Positions 33,729 through 44,072 of a DNA stretch of 64,000 bases are shown here, piece after piece. Origin of the DNA: a virus. Lineage: Duplodnaviria; Heunggongvirae; Uroviricota; Caudoviricetes. Under the pieces are notes generated by a model. That model had not been told where the DNA came from, searched no databases, and saw only the letters and a list, made by a program, of their open reading frames with translations. Every line of letters starts with the position of its first letter. The first letter of the stretch is position 1. The stretch covers positions 1-64,000 of the IMG/VR virus record IMGVR_UViG_2609459856_000007, one strand, 5' to 3'. The position numbers and the translations under genes are program-made.

Positions 33729-35303
33729 ATGGAATTGACTGACAAGCAAATCAAAGACCTTGTGGCACGACGCCACCCAGAATATGAGAAGAAAAAAGAA
33801 CATTGGGACTTCCTCGCCAGCACCTACGCTGGCGGGCGTGCCTGGTTCAACGACAATATCTTCCGTTACTTCAAAGAGGGCGATCAGGAGTTCAAAGAGC
33901 GCCTGGAACGCGCTTATCGCTTCAACCATACGCGCGAAGTGGTAAACCTCATCAACAAATACCTCTTCAAAGAGGTCATTCACCGCAACACTGATGAAGC
34001 ACCGGAGCAGATCCGCAATTTCTGGAAGCGAGCCACGCGCCAGAACGCCTCCATCGATGCGTTTATGGCGGCTATCGATCTGCAATCATCCATTTATGGC
34101 CGTATCTGGGTTGTCGTGGATAGCACGATGAACGTCGATGTTGAGTCTGTTGCAGACGAGAAGAAAAATGATGCGCGTGCCTACGCTTACTGGATTTCGC
34201 CGCAGCAGCTGCTTGATGTTGCCTGGGATGAAGACGGCAATATGTTGTGGGCGCTGATTGTTGAAATCGCGCGCGACGACGAAGATCCGTTCACTTCAAC
34301 CGGGCAGGAATACCAGCGTTACCGTCTGTGGACGCAAAACGAGTGGTATCTGTTCCGTGAAGAAGTGAAGAAGGGTTCCGGAAATAGCGGTCGCCGTCAG
34401 GCCAAAGTCGTTCTGGAGGATAGCGGCCAGCATAATCTGGGCGTGGTGCCGGTGTTCCCGGTGGATTGCATTGGTGAAAGCGAGTCTCCGTATTTTAGCC
34501 CGTCGTTGATTGACGATATTGCCTATCTTGATCGCGCCGTGGCCAACTACCTGTCGAACCTTGACGCGATTATTCAGGATCAGACATTCAGCCAGTTAGC
34601 GATTCCGGTTCAGTCCCTGCTGCCGGGCGATGAAAACCACACCAAAGTGCTCGAAATGGGGACAAAACGTGTCTTCACCTTCGATTCTGAGAGCGGTAAT
34701 CAGCCATTCTATCTGTCTCCAGACCCGAAACAGGCTCAGATGATCATCACCACGATTAAGACGGTGATTAATGAGATCTACCATTCCGTTGGTGTGGCTG
34801 GTGAGCGAACCAAGCAGGATAACGCGCAGGGTATCGACAACTCTTCGGGGGCAGCGAAGATGTACGACTTCCAACGTATTAACAGTCTGTTGGTGACAAA
34901 AGCAGAGCGCCTCGAAAGGGCAGAACGCCAAATGATGGAGTTGGCTGCGAAATGGATGGGCATCGAATTGGATGAAGACCACTCTCTGATCGCTTACCCG
35001 GAGAGTTTCGATATTCGTGGTCTGACTGACGAATTTGCCGTCGCTGAGAAATTGTCGCTGTTACAGGCGCCTGATTCTGTACGTCGTCATCAGATGGAAA
35101 TGCTCATAGAAAAGATCTTCCCGAATATTTCCGAAGCGATGCAAAAGGAATTTAAAAAAGATCTCTTGAAATTTCCTCTAAAAAATGCTCCTGGCGCCCT
35201 TGAAAATAAGTCAGTACTTACTTATGATCGAGATACAGTCCAAGAAAGCGGACAAGATCAACCCCGAGGGAATGGGGACTCATCTACTCAAGAGACCGAG
35301 TGA
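33729..35303 (+). CDS. phage portal protein
   Basis: 524-aa ORF immediately after the terminase remnant and before scaffold/capsid genes. Confidence 0.65.
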   Translation: MELTDKQIKDLVARRHPEYEKKKEHWDFLASTYAGGRAWFNDNIFRYFKEGDQEFKERLERAYRFNHTREVVNLINKYLFKEVIHRNTDEAPEQIRNFWKRATRQNASIDAFMAAIDLQSSIYGRIWVVVDSTMNVDVESVADEKKNDARAYAYWISPQQLLDVAWDEDGNMLWALIVEIARDDEDPFTSTGQEYQRYRLWTQNEWYLFREEVKKGSGNSGRRQAKVVLEDSGQHNLGVVPVFPVDCIGESESPYFSPSLIDDIAYLDRAVANYLSNLDAIIQDQTFSQLAIPVQSLLPGDENHTKVLEMGTKRVFTFDSESGNQPFYLSPDPKQAQMIITTIKTVINEIYHSVGVAGERTKQDNAQGIDNSSGAAKMYDFQRINSLLVTKAERLERAERQMMELAAKWMGIELDEDHSLIAYPESFDIRGLTDEFAVAEKLSLLQAPDSVRRHQMEMLIEKIFPNISEAMQKEFKKDLLKFPLKNAPGALENKSVLTYDRDTVQESGQDQPRGNGDSSTQETE

Positions 35304-35325
35304 TAAGTAACGAAAAGGTATTTCT

Positions 35326-36222
35326 ATGAATCTGTGGCAAATGCTTATGGCCCGTCGTGGCCTGATGGATGTAGCCGAAGCGCATGAGCGCGGCGGCGCT
35401 GGTGGCGGTGCTCCTGCTGGAGACAATGAGCAGAGCATTCAAGACCCAGGCAAACAGGGCGAGCAAAAAGAGCAACCGAAGGGTGACGACGATGAGTATG
35501 CCGGTATGACTCAGGAAGAGTTGCTGGCAGAACTGCGTAAGTCTAAGAAAGCCGGTGCTGATCTGTTGAAAGAGAACATGAAGCGCAAGGAGAAAGAGCG
35601 CACATTGGCCGATCAGCTGGCTCAGTACGGTGATATTGACCCGACGCGTGCTCGTCAGCTTCTCGAAGCTGAACAAGCCGCAGAAACCGCACGTCGGGAG
35701 GCGGAGCAGGCTGAACTGGAACGTCGTGGTGAGTTCGATGCTGTGAAAAAGCAGATGATCGAAGCACACCAGACTGAACTGGCACAGCGCGACGAACGCT
35801 ACTCCGCTCTGGAGAGCGAGAACGCCGCACTGAAGGCTCAACTGGTCGAAATGACTGTTGGTGTTTCCTTCAGCAGTTCTGCTTTCCTGCGTGACAAAGT
35901 TCTGATGACTCCGGCTAAGGCACGCGTTATCTACGGCTCTCATTTCGAAGTGGGTGAAGACGGTAGTGTTGTGGGCTTTGATAAGCCAGCCGGTCAGAAA
36001 GAACGTGCAGTTCTGGTTGACGGTGAAGGCAAGCCGTTACCGTTCGAATCCGCGATTGAGCGCATTCTGCGTGCAGATCCGGAAGCTGACGCACTGTTGC
36101 GTAGCGAAGCCAAGCAGGGTGCTGGTTCCAATAGCAAACCGACCCACAAAGTAAGCCAGCCGAAGAGCAAGTCGACTATGGATAAGTTGACCTCCGGTCT
36201 GGGAAAAATCGGACTCAAGTAA
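35326..36222 (+). CDS. phage scaffolding protein
   Basis: 298-aa charged, coiled-coil-rich ORF between portal and capsid genes. Confidence 0.6.
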   Translation: MNLWQMLMARRGLMDVAEAHERGGAGGGAPAGDNEQSIQDPGKQGEQKEQPKGDDDEYAGMTQEELLAELRKSKKAGADLLKENMKRKEKERTLADQLAQYGDIDPTRARQLLEAEQAAETARREAEQAELERRGEFDAVKKQMIEAHQTELAQRDERYSALESENAALKAQLVEMTVGVSFSSSAFLRDKVLMTPAKARVIYGSHFEVGEDGSVVGFDKPAGQKERAVLVDGEGKPLPFESAIERILRADPEADALLRSEAKQGAGSNSKPTHKVSQPKSKSTMDKLTSGLGKIGLK

Positions 36223-36248
36223 CATCTTAAATCATAGGGAAATGAAAG

Positions 36249-37124
36249 ATGCCATTACTGCGTGATGAAGCTGAAAAGCTGTCTAATAACGAACTTGAGC
36301 AGGGTGTGATCGAGACCATCATCGATCGCGATGACCTGTTCGCTATTCTGCCTTTCATGAAGATTAATTCTAAGGCATACCTTTACAACCGCGAAGCTAC
36401 CCTGAGCGAAGCTACCTTCATTGATGTGAACGACACCATCACTGAAGGCGCAGCAACCTTCAGCGAACACGTTGCGAAGCTACGTATCCTGGCAGGCGAC
36501 GTAGACGTCGACAAATTCCTGGCGACCACTATGTCCGACACCAACAACCAGCTGGCAATCCAGGTTCGTCAGAAGGTGAAAGGTCTGGCTCGCGCATTCC
36601 GCCGCAATCTGATTCTGGGCGACTCCAGCACCAACACCAAAGCGTTCGACGGTATTCCGAAACTGATGCACGACGATCAGAAGATCGACATCGAAGGCGC
36701 TTCCATGACCTTCTCCATGTTCGACGAACTGGTCGACGCGGTGAAAGATCTGGGTGCGGACTGCATCATGATGCGCTCCGAGCATCTGCGTGCTTATCGC
36801 GCTCTGCTGCGTACCGTTAATATCGGCCCGTCCGAAATTATGATGGAAAACTTCGGTCGACCGATGTTGTGCCACAACGGTGTACCTTTCATCGTGAACG
36901 ACTTCATCCCGACTGACGCGGGCAAAGCAAGCATCTACTGTCTGCACCTGTCCGAAGAGAACGGTGTGACCGGTCTGTATGGCGGTGAAAACGCTGGTAT
37001 CGTTGTTGAGAACATCGGTACTGTTCAGAACAAAGACGCAACCCGTACCCGCGTTAAGTGGTACTGCTCTCTGGCGAACAAGCACGACAAAGCTATCGCC
37101 GCGCTGACCAATGTAAAAATTTGA
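36249..37124 (+). CDS. major capsid protein
   Basis: 291-aa ORF following the scaffold gene, followed by a strong terminator. Confidence 0.65.
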   Translation: MPLLRDEAEKLSNNELEQGVIETIIDRDDLFAILPFMKINSKAYLYNREATLSEATFIDVNDTITEGAATFSEHVAKLRILAGDVDVDKFLATTMSDTNNQLAIQVRQKVKGLARAFRRNLILGDSSTNTKAFDGIPKLMHDDQKIDIEGASMTFSMFDELVDAVKDLGADCIMMRSEHLRAYRALLRTVNIGPSEIMMENFGRPMLCHNGVPFIVNDFIPTDAGKASIYCLHLSEENGVTGLYGGENAGIVVENIGTVQNKDATRTRVKWYCSLANKHDKAIAALTNVKI

Positions 37125-37157
37125 TCAGAATGATAGGTAAGTAGTTATCTACTTAAT

Positions 37158-37186
37158 ATGGGTGGGCTATACGCCCACCTTTTTTG
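37158..37186 (+). terminator. rho-independent terminator after the capsid gene
   Basis: GGTGGGC-TATAC-GCCCACC hairpin followed by TTTTTT. Confidence 0.7.
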
Positions 37187-37198
37187 TAGGAGCGATAA

Positions 37199-37525
37199 AT
37201 GCCAGAACAAAAGATGAAAATCATGGAGGAGACGTTTGCGGATTTCACAGGGCATATGTGCCGTGCCGGATTCACCAACTCCGTCTCCAACGAGCCTCTG
37301 AGCGAGCGCCAGCAGAACCATCTTGCGGCTTGCTTCCGGACAGTTCCGTTCACGCAGTCTGTCAGCGTGGAGTCTGTTGCTCTGACTCCTGATTCTGTCT
37401 CTGTTGAGAAGGGGAAGTCAGTCAAATTGCGAGTTGATGTGCAACCGTCAAACGCAACCAATCAAAAAGTCACCTGGACTTCTCAAAATAGCGACAAAGC
37501 GACCGTGGATCAGAACGGTATCTGA
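37199..37525 (+). CDS. Big_2 (bacterial Ig-like) domain protein, apparently truncated
   Basis: VKLRVDVQPSNATNQKVTWTSQNSDKATVDQNG matches the first half of a Big_2 domain; ends abruptly. Confidence 0.45.
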   Translation: MPEQKMKIMEETFADFTGHMCRAGFTNSVSNEPLSERQQNHLAACFRTVPFTQSVSVESVALTPDSVSVEKGKSVKLRVDVQPSNATNQKVTWTSQNSDKATVDQNGI

Positions 37526-38687
37526 AGAAAAAAACGCCCGAGCAACTGCCGACGAATCTTTGGCACAACAGATAACTACATTGAAGAGTCAAACGGGCAA
37601 GGATATTAAGGCGGCTGTAGCTGAAGAGACGAAAGCCAGAACTGATGCTGATTCCGCTTTGGCTTCTAATATCACTAATCTACAGGCTCAAACGAGCAAA
37701 GATATTCATGCTGCGATTACATCTGAAGCGACTGCGCGTACAAGCGCCGACAATGCACTAAGTGGGAGAGTTGACACCTTAAAAGCATCAGTAGATGGAA
37801 ATACAGCAACAATTCAACAACAGGCCACAGCTATTGCTGATACGAACAAGAAGGTATCAACAGCCTGGACGCTGAAAATGGAAACCTCCACCAGCGGAGG
37901 CCAAAAATATGTTGCCGGCATAGCGTTGGGCATCGACACAACAGGTCTATCGCAGTTTTTGGTGCAGGCAGATCGCTTTGGTTTGGTGAACTCCGTTAAT
38001 GGGAAAATTACAACGCCATTCGTTATTGATGCCGGTGTGGCTTATATGAACGGAGCTTATATCAAGAACGGCACCATTGATAACGCCAAAATAGGCAACT
38101 TCATTCAGTCCAACGATTACTCAAGCGGGATGACGGGGTGGCATATTAATAAAAACGGGAACTCAGAGTTTAACAATGTAACTGTTAGAGGCACCGTTTA
38201 CGCAACGAATGGCAAATTCACAGGAGAAATACAGGCTACCAGCGGAACATTCAGAGGCACGGTACAAGCAGATCACTTCGTAGGCGATGTCGCTAACATG
38301 TATGTGGGCAATGACTTCTCAGTTCGTTACAACGGCACATATACAATGACATATACAGACTCTTCTTCGTCTGCATTGCCCAAAAATATTTATGTGGCAA
38401 TAAATGTATATACGGGGGGCGTCGGCCCTGTTGCAGCCCAATTTACCTGCAATGGAGTGACGAAGACCGCAACCACTGGTAAGGGGACAACATACAGAGA
38501 CCCTGATCTTAATTCAACAAGATCTACAGGCGTCGGTGGCACTCTTTACGCTGCTTTTAACAATGTTACCTCAAGAACTGTTGCTGTTACGGTAAAAGTG
38601 ACCAGTTCATCACAGACACATATTTATTCGCCCGTGATGCTAATCAGCCGTGGAAGTGGCGCATTTTCCATGTCGGGCATCAGTTAA
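37526..38687 (+). pseudogene. tail fibre protein segment lacking its own start codon (5'-truncated or frameshifted)
   Basis: Track ORF 37404-38687; fibre-like repeats (TDADSALASNITNLQAQTSKDIHAAITSEATARTSADNAL); no in-frame ATG until about 37878; A7 tract at the junction. Confidence 0.5.
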
Positions 38688-38822
38688 TTGATGGGAATAA
38701 TGAGCAGCAATGTATACAGCGTGTTTTCTTAGTGCAAAAGGATTTTGTATCATGGATAATAAGTAAGTATATACCTATTTGTGTGGGCAAGGACGCCCAC
38801 ACTTCAAGGAGTGAAAAAGAAC

Positions 38823-41800
38823 ATGTGGTACAGGGAAGGTACTGTTACATTTACAAAAGGAAGCGACACAATATCAGGCATCGGAACACGTTGGAATTTG
38901 ACCGAAAACGGCGTGTTACCGGGCATGATTGTCATTGGTCCTGACAATAAGTTGTATGAGGTCAAGCGCGTAACCAGTGATACGGTCATTGTCCTCTCAG
39001 AACCTTATACCGGCGAAACTCAATCTAAAGTTCCGTGCCGAATCATTACGACCTATGAAGGCGACTTAACTCAGTTTAGTGCGCGCTTTACTGCACTAAT
39101 GTCGCGTATGTCGGCTGATTCCAAGTCCATGCGCAGTTGGTTGACCGCTCTGGATGATGTGACAATCGAGCGTGAAGACGGTACAGAAGTGACCGTTAAG
39201 CCGCTAATGCAGATCGTCAACGAGCATAACGAAAACGTTGAGTGGTATAAAAATAACACCGATGCGATTGAGGCCGCTGGAGACAAAGCTCGGGAGGCGG
39301 CGGCCAGTGCTGTCGCTGCGGCAGAAAGTGCCAACACTGCTGTAGAAAAAGCCTCTCAGGCATCTCAAAGTGCATCCGCTGCGGTATCTTCACAAAGTGC
39401 GGCGAGTGAGAGTGCAGCTGCTGCGGAAAAATCTGAAACAAACGCAGAAGCGGCAAAAGAAGCGGCAGCAGAATCAGCATCTGTGGCGTCGACTAAAGCA
39501 TCGGAGGCAGCCACATCAGCGTCCAGTGCCTCTGCATCTAAGGATGCGGCTAAATTATCAGAGACTAACGCTTCATCGAGTGCAAACGCGGCAGCATCAT
39601 CAGCTACAGAAGCTGCAAATTCATGTAAGGCAGCAAAAGCATCAGAGACAAACGCAAAAGCGTCTGAAGCTGCTGCCGAACAGAGTGCATTGTCTGCAAA
39701 CAGTTCGAAATCTGCGGCAGAAACGTCAGCGAGCGCGGCCTCAGTAAGCGCGGATAGTGCTTCATCAAGTGCAACGTCGGCAGAAAAGTCTGCGGAAAGC
39801 GCTTCGTTATCCGCGGCAAATGCCACCGCTAAAGCGACAGAGGCGACGAAACAGGCAACAGCTGCGGAAAAGTCAGCAGAGGCGGCAAAATCTTCTGAAA
39901 CCAATGCAAAGACTTCAGAAGACAATGCCGCTGCTTCTAAGGAGACAGCAGCCGAATCTGCAAGCTCTGCCTCTGTTTCAGCTTCCTCGGCGTCATCTTC
40001 AAAAGATGAGGCCGCTCGCCAGGCGTCAGCGGCAGCAGAGAGTGCGACAACGGCATCAACGAAGGCGACGGAAGCGGCAGACAGTGCGACGGCGGCTGCG
40101 CAGAGCAAAAATGCGGCAGAATCCGCGGCAACACGCTCTGAGACAGCGGCAAAACGAGCTGAGGATATTGCATCCGCCGTGGCGCTTGAGGATGCAAGCA
40201 CGACGAATAAGGGAATAGTACAACTTAGTAGCTCAACTAATAGCGAATCGGAGTCATTTGCAGCCACCCCAAAAGCAGTAAAGACAGCATATGATCTTGC
40301 TAATGGCAAATACACTGCACAGGACGCCACCACGTCGCAAAAGGGGCTTGTTCAGCTTAACAGTGATACCAACAATAGCAGTGAAAGTTATGCGGCCACA
40401 TCAAAGGCCGTGAAGGCCGCATACGACAATGCTGAAACACGCCTTCGGAAAGACCAGAATGGCGCGGATATACCTAGCAAAGACACCTTCGCAAAAAATA
40501 TTGGCGCAGCGAAAGCTGCTGGCGGCAGTATCAGTATTGGGGGAGACAGCAACAACTGGACGACGGCGCAATTTATTGAGTGGTTGGAGTCTCAGGGGGC
40601 ATTCAATTATCCATACTGGATGTGCAAAGGCTCTTGGTCTTACGCTGCCAATAAAATCATCACGGATACCGGTTGTGGGAATATACAACTCGCTGGCGCT
40701 GTAGTTGAAGTTATGGGGGTTCGGGATGCTATGACGATTCGCGTCACTACCCCCACGACGGCAACGAATGGCGGAACCGTCAAGGCTCAGTTTACCTACA
40801 TCAACCACGGTGACTCTTATGCGCCAGGCTGGAGGCGCGACTTTAATCGAGCTGGCGATTCAATGTCAGGCCAATTGACTTTGGCGAATATGTCGCAGCC
40901 ATTAAGATCACCTGGTGGTGGTATATTTGCCAATGATGGCAACGTGTATATCAATAAACCGGGTTTCGCTGGATGGATTGATGCACTCTTTTTGAAATTA
41001 ACCGGAGGAACTTTAACCGGGTCACTTGGATTTCAAAATTCAAACGGGAAAGTATTCAGGGTGCAGACTACTGAAACTCCGTCACTGAATACTTATATGC
41101 AGGTATGGGGAAATTCTTCAAGGCCAACGGTAATTGAATTCAAAGACGATCAAGGCTATCACTTTTACAGTCAGAGAAACACTGACAATACTATTACAAT
41201 GAGTATAAATGGAGAGGTGGTTTCCGAAACAGCAAATGCTTTCCGTGCAGTATATGGGAATTATGGCTTCTTCATTCGAAATGATGGGGCGAATACTTAC
41301 TTTCTGTTGACAAATTCAGGTGATCAACATGGAAGTTGGGGACCTTTACGTCCACTATATATTAGCAATACAACAGGACGAGTGACACTTGGAAATGGCG
41401 TTGATATTAGTAATGGGGCAGTAATTAACGGTAGCGTCGGATTAGGGGTGTCGAATGCGCTTGGCGGAAACTCTATCGTATTAGGCGATAATGATACTGG
41501 CTTAAAACAGAATGGTGATGGCATTCTTGATGTTTATGCAAATAATGCCCATGTTTTTCGGTTCACTAATGGCACGTTGCAAAGTCTTAAGCCGTTGAGT
41601 GTAACGGGGGATATCACGTCAAGTGCATGGGTTTATGCCAACAGCTACTCTATCAACAGCGGTTCTGGCGCATGGATCGATATGCGGAGCCAGAACGTCA
41701 TCTTCGGGAAGAATGCTGTAAGCACAAGCTCTGCACAAGCGTTGTTGAGACAAGACCACGCGGATCGCAAATTCTTTGTGGGTGGCTTGGGAAACAGTCA

Positions 41801-42212
41801 GTTTGGTTTTTACATGATCAACAACTCACGTACCGCGAATGGCACGGATGCGAACGCATATCTTCAAAATGATGGTACTTGGGTTTGTGGAGGTAATGGT
41901 AACTTTAACGATGTTTATATCCGCTCTGATGCCAGACTTAAAAGTAACTTCGCACCGATTAAAAATGCTCTGAGTAAGGTGAAAGTACTGAGCGGATTAA
42001 TTTACGATAAAAAGGAAAATTTTCAATCTAGTACGGTTCGTCGTGAGGCGGGTGTTGTTGCTCAGGAACTCCAAAAGGTTTTACCGGAAGCTGTTTCAGC
42101 TTACAAAGATGCAAATGGCGAAGATGTTCTGACTATTTCAAATTCTGCACAAATAGCACTTCTTATTGAGGCTGTTAAAGAGCTGGCAGCAATCATTGAA
42201 CAAAAAATATGA
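38823..42212 (+). CDS. long tail fibre protein with Ala/Ser-rich repeat shaft and C-terminal intramolecular chaperone (peptidase S74-like) domain
   Basis: ATG 38823 with AAGGAG ribosome-binding site; repeats (SESFAATPKAVK, SESYAATSKAVK); C-terminal LSGLIYDKKENFQ...REAGVVAQELQKVLPEAV. Confidence 0.75.
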   Translation: MWYREGTVTFTKGSDTISGIGTRWNLTENGVLPGMIVIGPDNKLYEVKRVTSDTVIVLSEPYTGETQSKVPCRIITTYEGDLTQFSARFTALMSRMSADSKSMRSWLTALDDVTIEREDGTEVTVKPLMQIVNEHNENVEWYKNNTDAIEAAGDKAREAAASAVAAAESANTAVEKASQASQSASAAVSSQSAASESAAAAEKSETNAEAAKEAAAESASVASTKASEAATSASSASASKDAAKLSETNASSSANAAASSATEAANSCKAAKASETNAKASEAAAEQSALSANSSKSAAETSASAASVSADSASSSATSAEKSAESASLSAANATAKATEATKQATAAEKSAEAAKSSETNAKTSEDNAAASKETAAESASSASVSASSASSSKDEAARQASAAAESATTASTKATEAADSATAAAQSKNAAESAATRSETAAKRAEDIASAVALEDASTTNKGIVQLSSSTNSESESFAATPKAVKTAYDLANGKYTAQDATTSQKGLVQLNSDTNNSSESYAATSKAVKAAYDNAETRLRKDQNGADIPSKDTFAKNIGAAKAAGGSISIGGDSNNWTTAQFIEWLESQGAFNYPYWMCKGSWSYAANKIITDTGCGNIQLAGAVVEVMGVRDAMTIRVTTPTTATNGGTVKAQFTYINHGDSYAPGWRRDFNRAGDSMSGQLTLANMSQPLRSPGGGIFANDGNVYINKPGFAGWIDALFLKLTGGTLTGSLGFQNSNGKVFRVQTTETPSLNTYMQVWGNSSRPTVIEFKDDQGYHFYSQRNTDNTITMSINGEVVSETANAFRAVYGNYGFFIRNDGANTYFLLTNSGDQHGSWGPLRPLYISNTTGRVTLGNGVDISNGAVINGSVGLGVSNALGGNSIVLGDNDTGLKQNGDGILDVYANNAHVFRFTNGTLQSLKPLSVTGDITSSAWVYANSYSINSGSGAWIDMRSQNVIFGKNAVSTSSAQALLRQDHADRKFFVGGLGNSQFGFYMINNSRTANGTDANAYLQNDGTWVCGGNGNFNDVYIRSDARLKSNFAPIKNALSKVKVLSGLIYDKKENFQSSTVRREAGVVAQELQKVLPEAVSAYKDANGEDVLTISNSAQIALLIEAVKELAAIIEQKI

Positions 42213-42274
42213 TAATGTTGGAGAGGCTAAGACCTCTCCCATAATAAACTGTCATAATATTTGAGAGGGTTATT

Positions 42275-42532
42275 GTGTCAATTTCAAATGTTCCAGGATG
42301 GATAGGATCATCAGCGGTTTCCGAAACAGGGCAACGTTGGATGAGTGCTGCCCGTATTGGCCTTGCACAAATTGCTGACGTTATGCCTCAAGTTTCTGCC
42401 GCAATGGATAAAGCGCAAGGCAATATCTCCAGTGGAGATACGGTACGCATCATCTTTGGCGTAGCTACCATTCTTGTGGCAGCATTCATTGCCTGGTCCC
42501 AGGTTCGCAAGCACCAGAAAGGATTAGTGTAA
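42275..42532 (+). CDS. putative holin / small membrane protein
   Basis: 85-aa ORF with one C-terminal hydrophobic helix, directly upstream of the spanin pair. Confidence 0.4.
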   Translation: MSISNVPGWIGSSAVSETGQRWMSAARIGLAQIADVMPQVSAAMDKAQGNISSGDTVRIIFGVATILVAAFIAWSQVRKHQKGLV

Positions 42533-42534
42533 GT

Positions 42535-42786
42535 ATGTTCGACGGCCTGTTGTTCAAAATGAAATCCGCTTTGTTCACTCTGGCCGCCGTCATTCTAGTC
42601 CTTGTCGGCGCATACTCCTATGGCGGGGATATGGCCAGACGCAGTATGGAAGAGAAAGAACGGCGGGAAGATAACAAGCGTCTTCAAAGCACAGTGGAAG
42701 TGGTGAATGAGACGAACAGTGAAATACGTCAGAAAGATGCTTCTGCCATTCATCGTGAGCTGCATGATAAGTGGGTGCGTAATTAA
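42535..42786 (+). CDS. inner-membrane spanin (Rz-like)
   Basis: N-terminal transmembrane segment followed by a charged coiled-coil region; overlapped by the o-spanin gene. Confidence 0.6.
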   Translation: MFDGLLFKMKSALFTLAAVILVLVGAYSYGGDMARRSMEEKERREDNKRLQSTVEVVNETNSEIRQKDASAIHRELHDKWVRN

Positions 42787-42922
42787 GCCACAGACCACCA
42801 GCGTGTTGTTCTGCGATGGCGCTGAACCTATTTATATCAGCAATGACGATGTAATGACCGAAGAAACCGAACGCCAAATCCTTTTTCACAATACGATGGG
42901 AGAGAGAGTTTGCGGTTGGTGA
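42707..42922 (+). CDS. outer-membrane lipoprotein spanin (Rz1-like), overlapping the Rz-like gene in another frame
   Basis: Signal peptide with lipobox ISGC; 71 aa. Confidence 0.6.
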   Translation: MRRTVKYVRKMLLPFIVSCMISGCVIKPQTTSVLFCDGAEPIYISNDDVMTEETERQILFHNTMGERVCGW

Positions 42923-42954
42923 TGTCGAAGTTCCCCTCAAATGAGGGGGACACA

Positions 42955-43476
42955 TTATTCTTCGAACAATTTTTCGATAGATTTTGTTGGATAGAACAAA
43001 GAACGATCGTTGTTACCAACCAGCTGGATAAAGCCCAAACTTTTATAAAACGCCCTGGCTTTATCGTTCAACGCCTCAACGAAAAGCCCATGAATGCCTA
43101 CCGCAAGAGATGCATTGTACACAACACGCATTGCGTGAGTTACAAGCATTGAGCCAAGCCCCTGACCTTGAAGAGATTTGTCCAAAGCCAGTCTGCCTAA
43201 AGTGATACTTGGGACATGCCGATAAGGCACTTTCTTTTGCTGACTCTTTGAAGGTAAGTTTTCTTTCTCAAAGCAGCTGCCTGACAAAGTGTAATAACCT
43301 AATACCTTTGGTATTTCTTCTTTAGTGCAAAGCACATAAGCGCGAAGAATTTTTCCTTCATGCTGTCTTTTTAAGTGGTTGGTCAAAAATGCGTTTAGTG
43401 ACTCTTCGCCGCAATCAAAACCGTTTAGATCATAATCTTTCTCTCCAGAGAAAATCTCGATCGTCGTATTGCTCAC
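42955..43476 (-). CDS. GNAT-family acetyltransferase toxin (TacT/AtaT-like)
   Basis: 173-aa GNAT ORF (LGRLALDKSLQGQGLGSML) paired with a DUF1778-type gene. Confidence 0.7.
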   Translation of the reverse strand: MSNTTIEIFSGEKDYDLNGFDCGEESLNAFLTNHLKRQHEGKILRAYVLCTKEEIPKVLGYYTLSGSCFEKENLPSKSQQKKVPYRHVPSITLGRLALDKSLQGQGLGSMLVTHAMRVVYNASLAVGIHGLFVEALNDKARAFYKSLGFIQLVGNNDRSLFYPTKSIEKLFEE

Positions 43477-43483
43477 GAGTAAA

Positions 43484-43753
43484 TTACTCCATGCTTTTCA
43501 GACGATTGGCAGCTCGTTTCAGCTTGTCGTTCGGTGCCGGAGGATTGCTTATAGCATCCATAACCAGATTCCAGGACTCTTCACTTAGAACCAGTCTACG
43601 GTGTTGCTCTATCACCTTCACGGCACGTTCGGATGCACTGCTAACCATGAACTGGGTAATGCTCTGGTTAGACATTGCGGCAGCTTCCTCGATGATGCTT
43701 TTATCGTCATCGGTTAATCTCAAATCGATGCGCTGCTTTTTCAGTGCGGACAT
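43484..43753 (-). CDS. DUF1778-type antitoxin (TacA/AtaR-like)
   Basis: 89-aa ORF immediately upstream of the GNAT gene on the same strand. Confidence 0.7.
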   Translation of the reverse strand: MSALKKQRIDLRLTDDDKSIIEEAAAMSNQSITQFMVSSASERAVKVIEQHRRLVLSEESWNLVMDAISNPPAPNDKLKRAANRLKSME

Positions 43754-44072
43754 GTGTACCCCCTGATGGCCGGTGATGTAGGAAGGCCATCATTGCTCTC
43801 TATTTAAACTGAGTTTTCGACTCAAAGGTTATTTAACTGGGCTATAGCCCATTGCGTATGTGTCATCAAATTGTGTACGGCAATTTACCGTACACGTAAT
43901 ATAGAGATGATTGTCACTTTTTTCAACAGACAAATGAAAACAGTTACTAGCAATAGGCAATAACAACCTACTAAATAACCTTTACACCGCAGCCGTAGGC
44001 ATTTAGGCTATATCACATATAAGAAAACAAGTTGTTTCAGACGATAATTATATACGCAAAGGGAACTCTCCA

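Noticed and set aside
33729-35303. The portal ORF as a possible terminase large subunit
   Set aside because: No Walker A/B ATPase motifs at the N-terminus; its size and position directly upstream of scaffold and capsid fit a portal better.
35284-37085. Minus-strand ORFs 35284-35943 and 36480-37085 antisense to the scaffold and capsid genes
   Set aside because: Antisense to well-supported structural genes; no ribosome-binding site; composition artefact.
39071-40333. Several overlapping ORFs on both strands inside the long tail-fibre gene (for example 39365-40333 minus, 39757-40218 plus)
   Set aside because: Produced by the Ala/Ser-rich GC-biased repeat shaft of the fibre gene; translations are poly-Ala/Arg/Gln low complexity.
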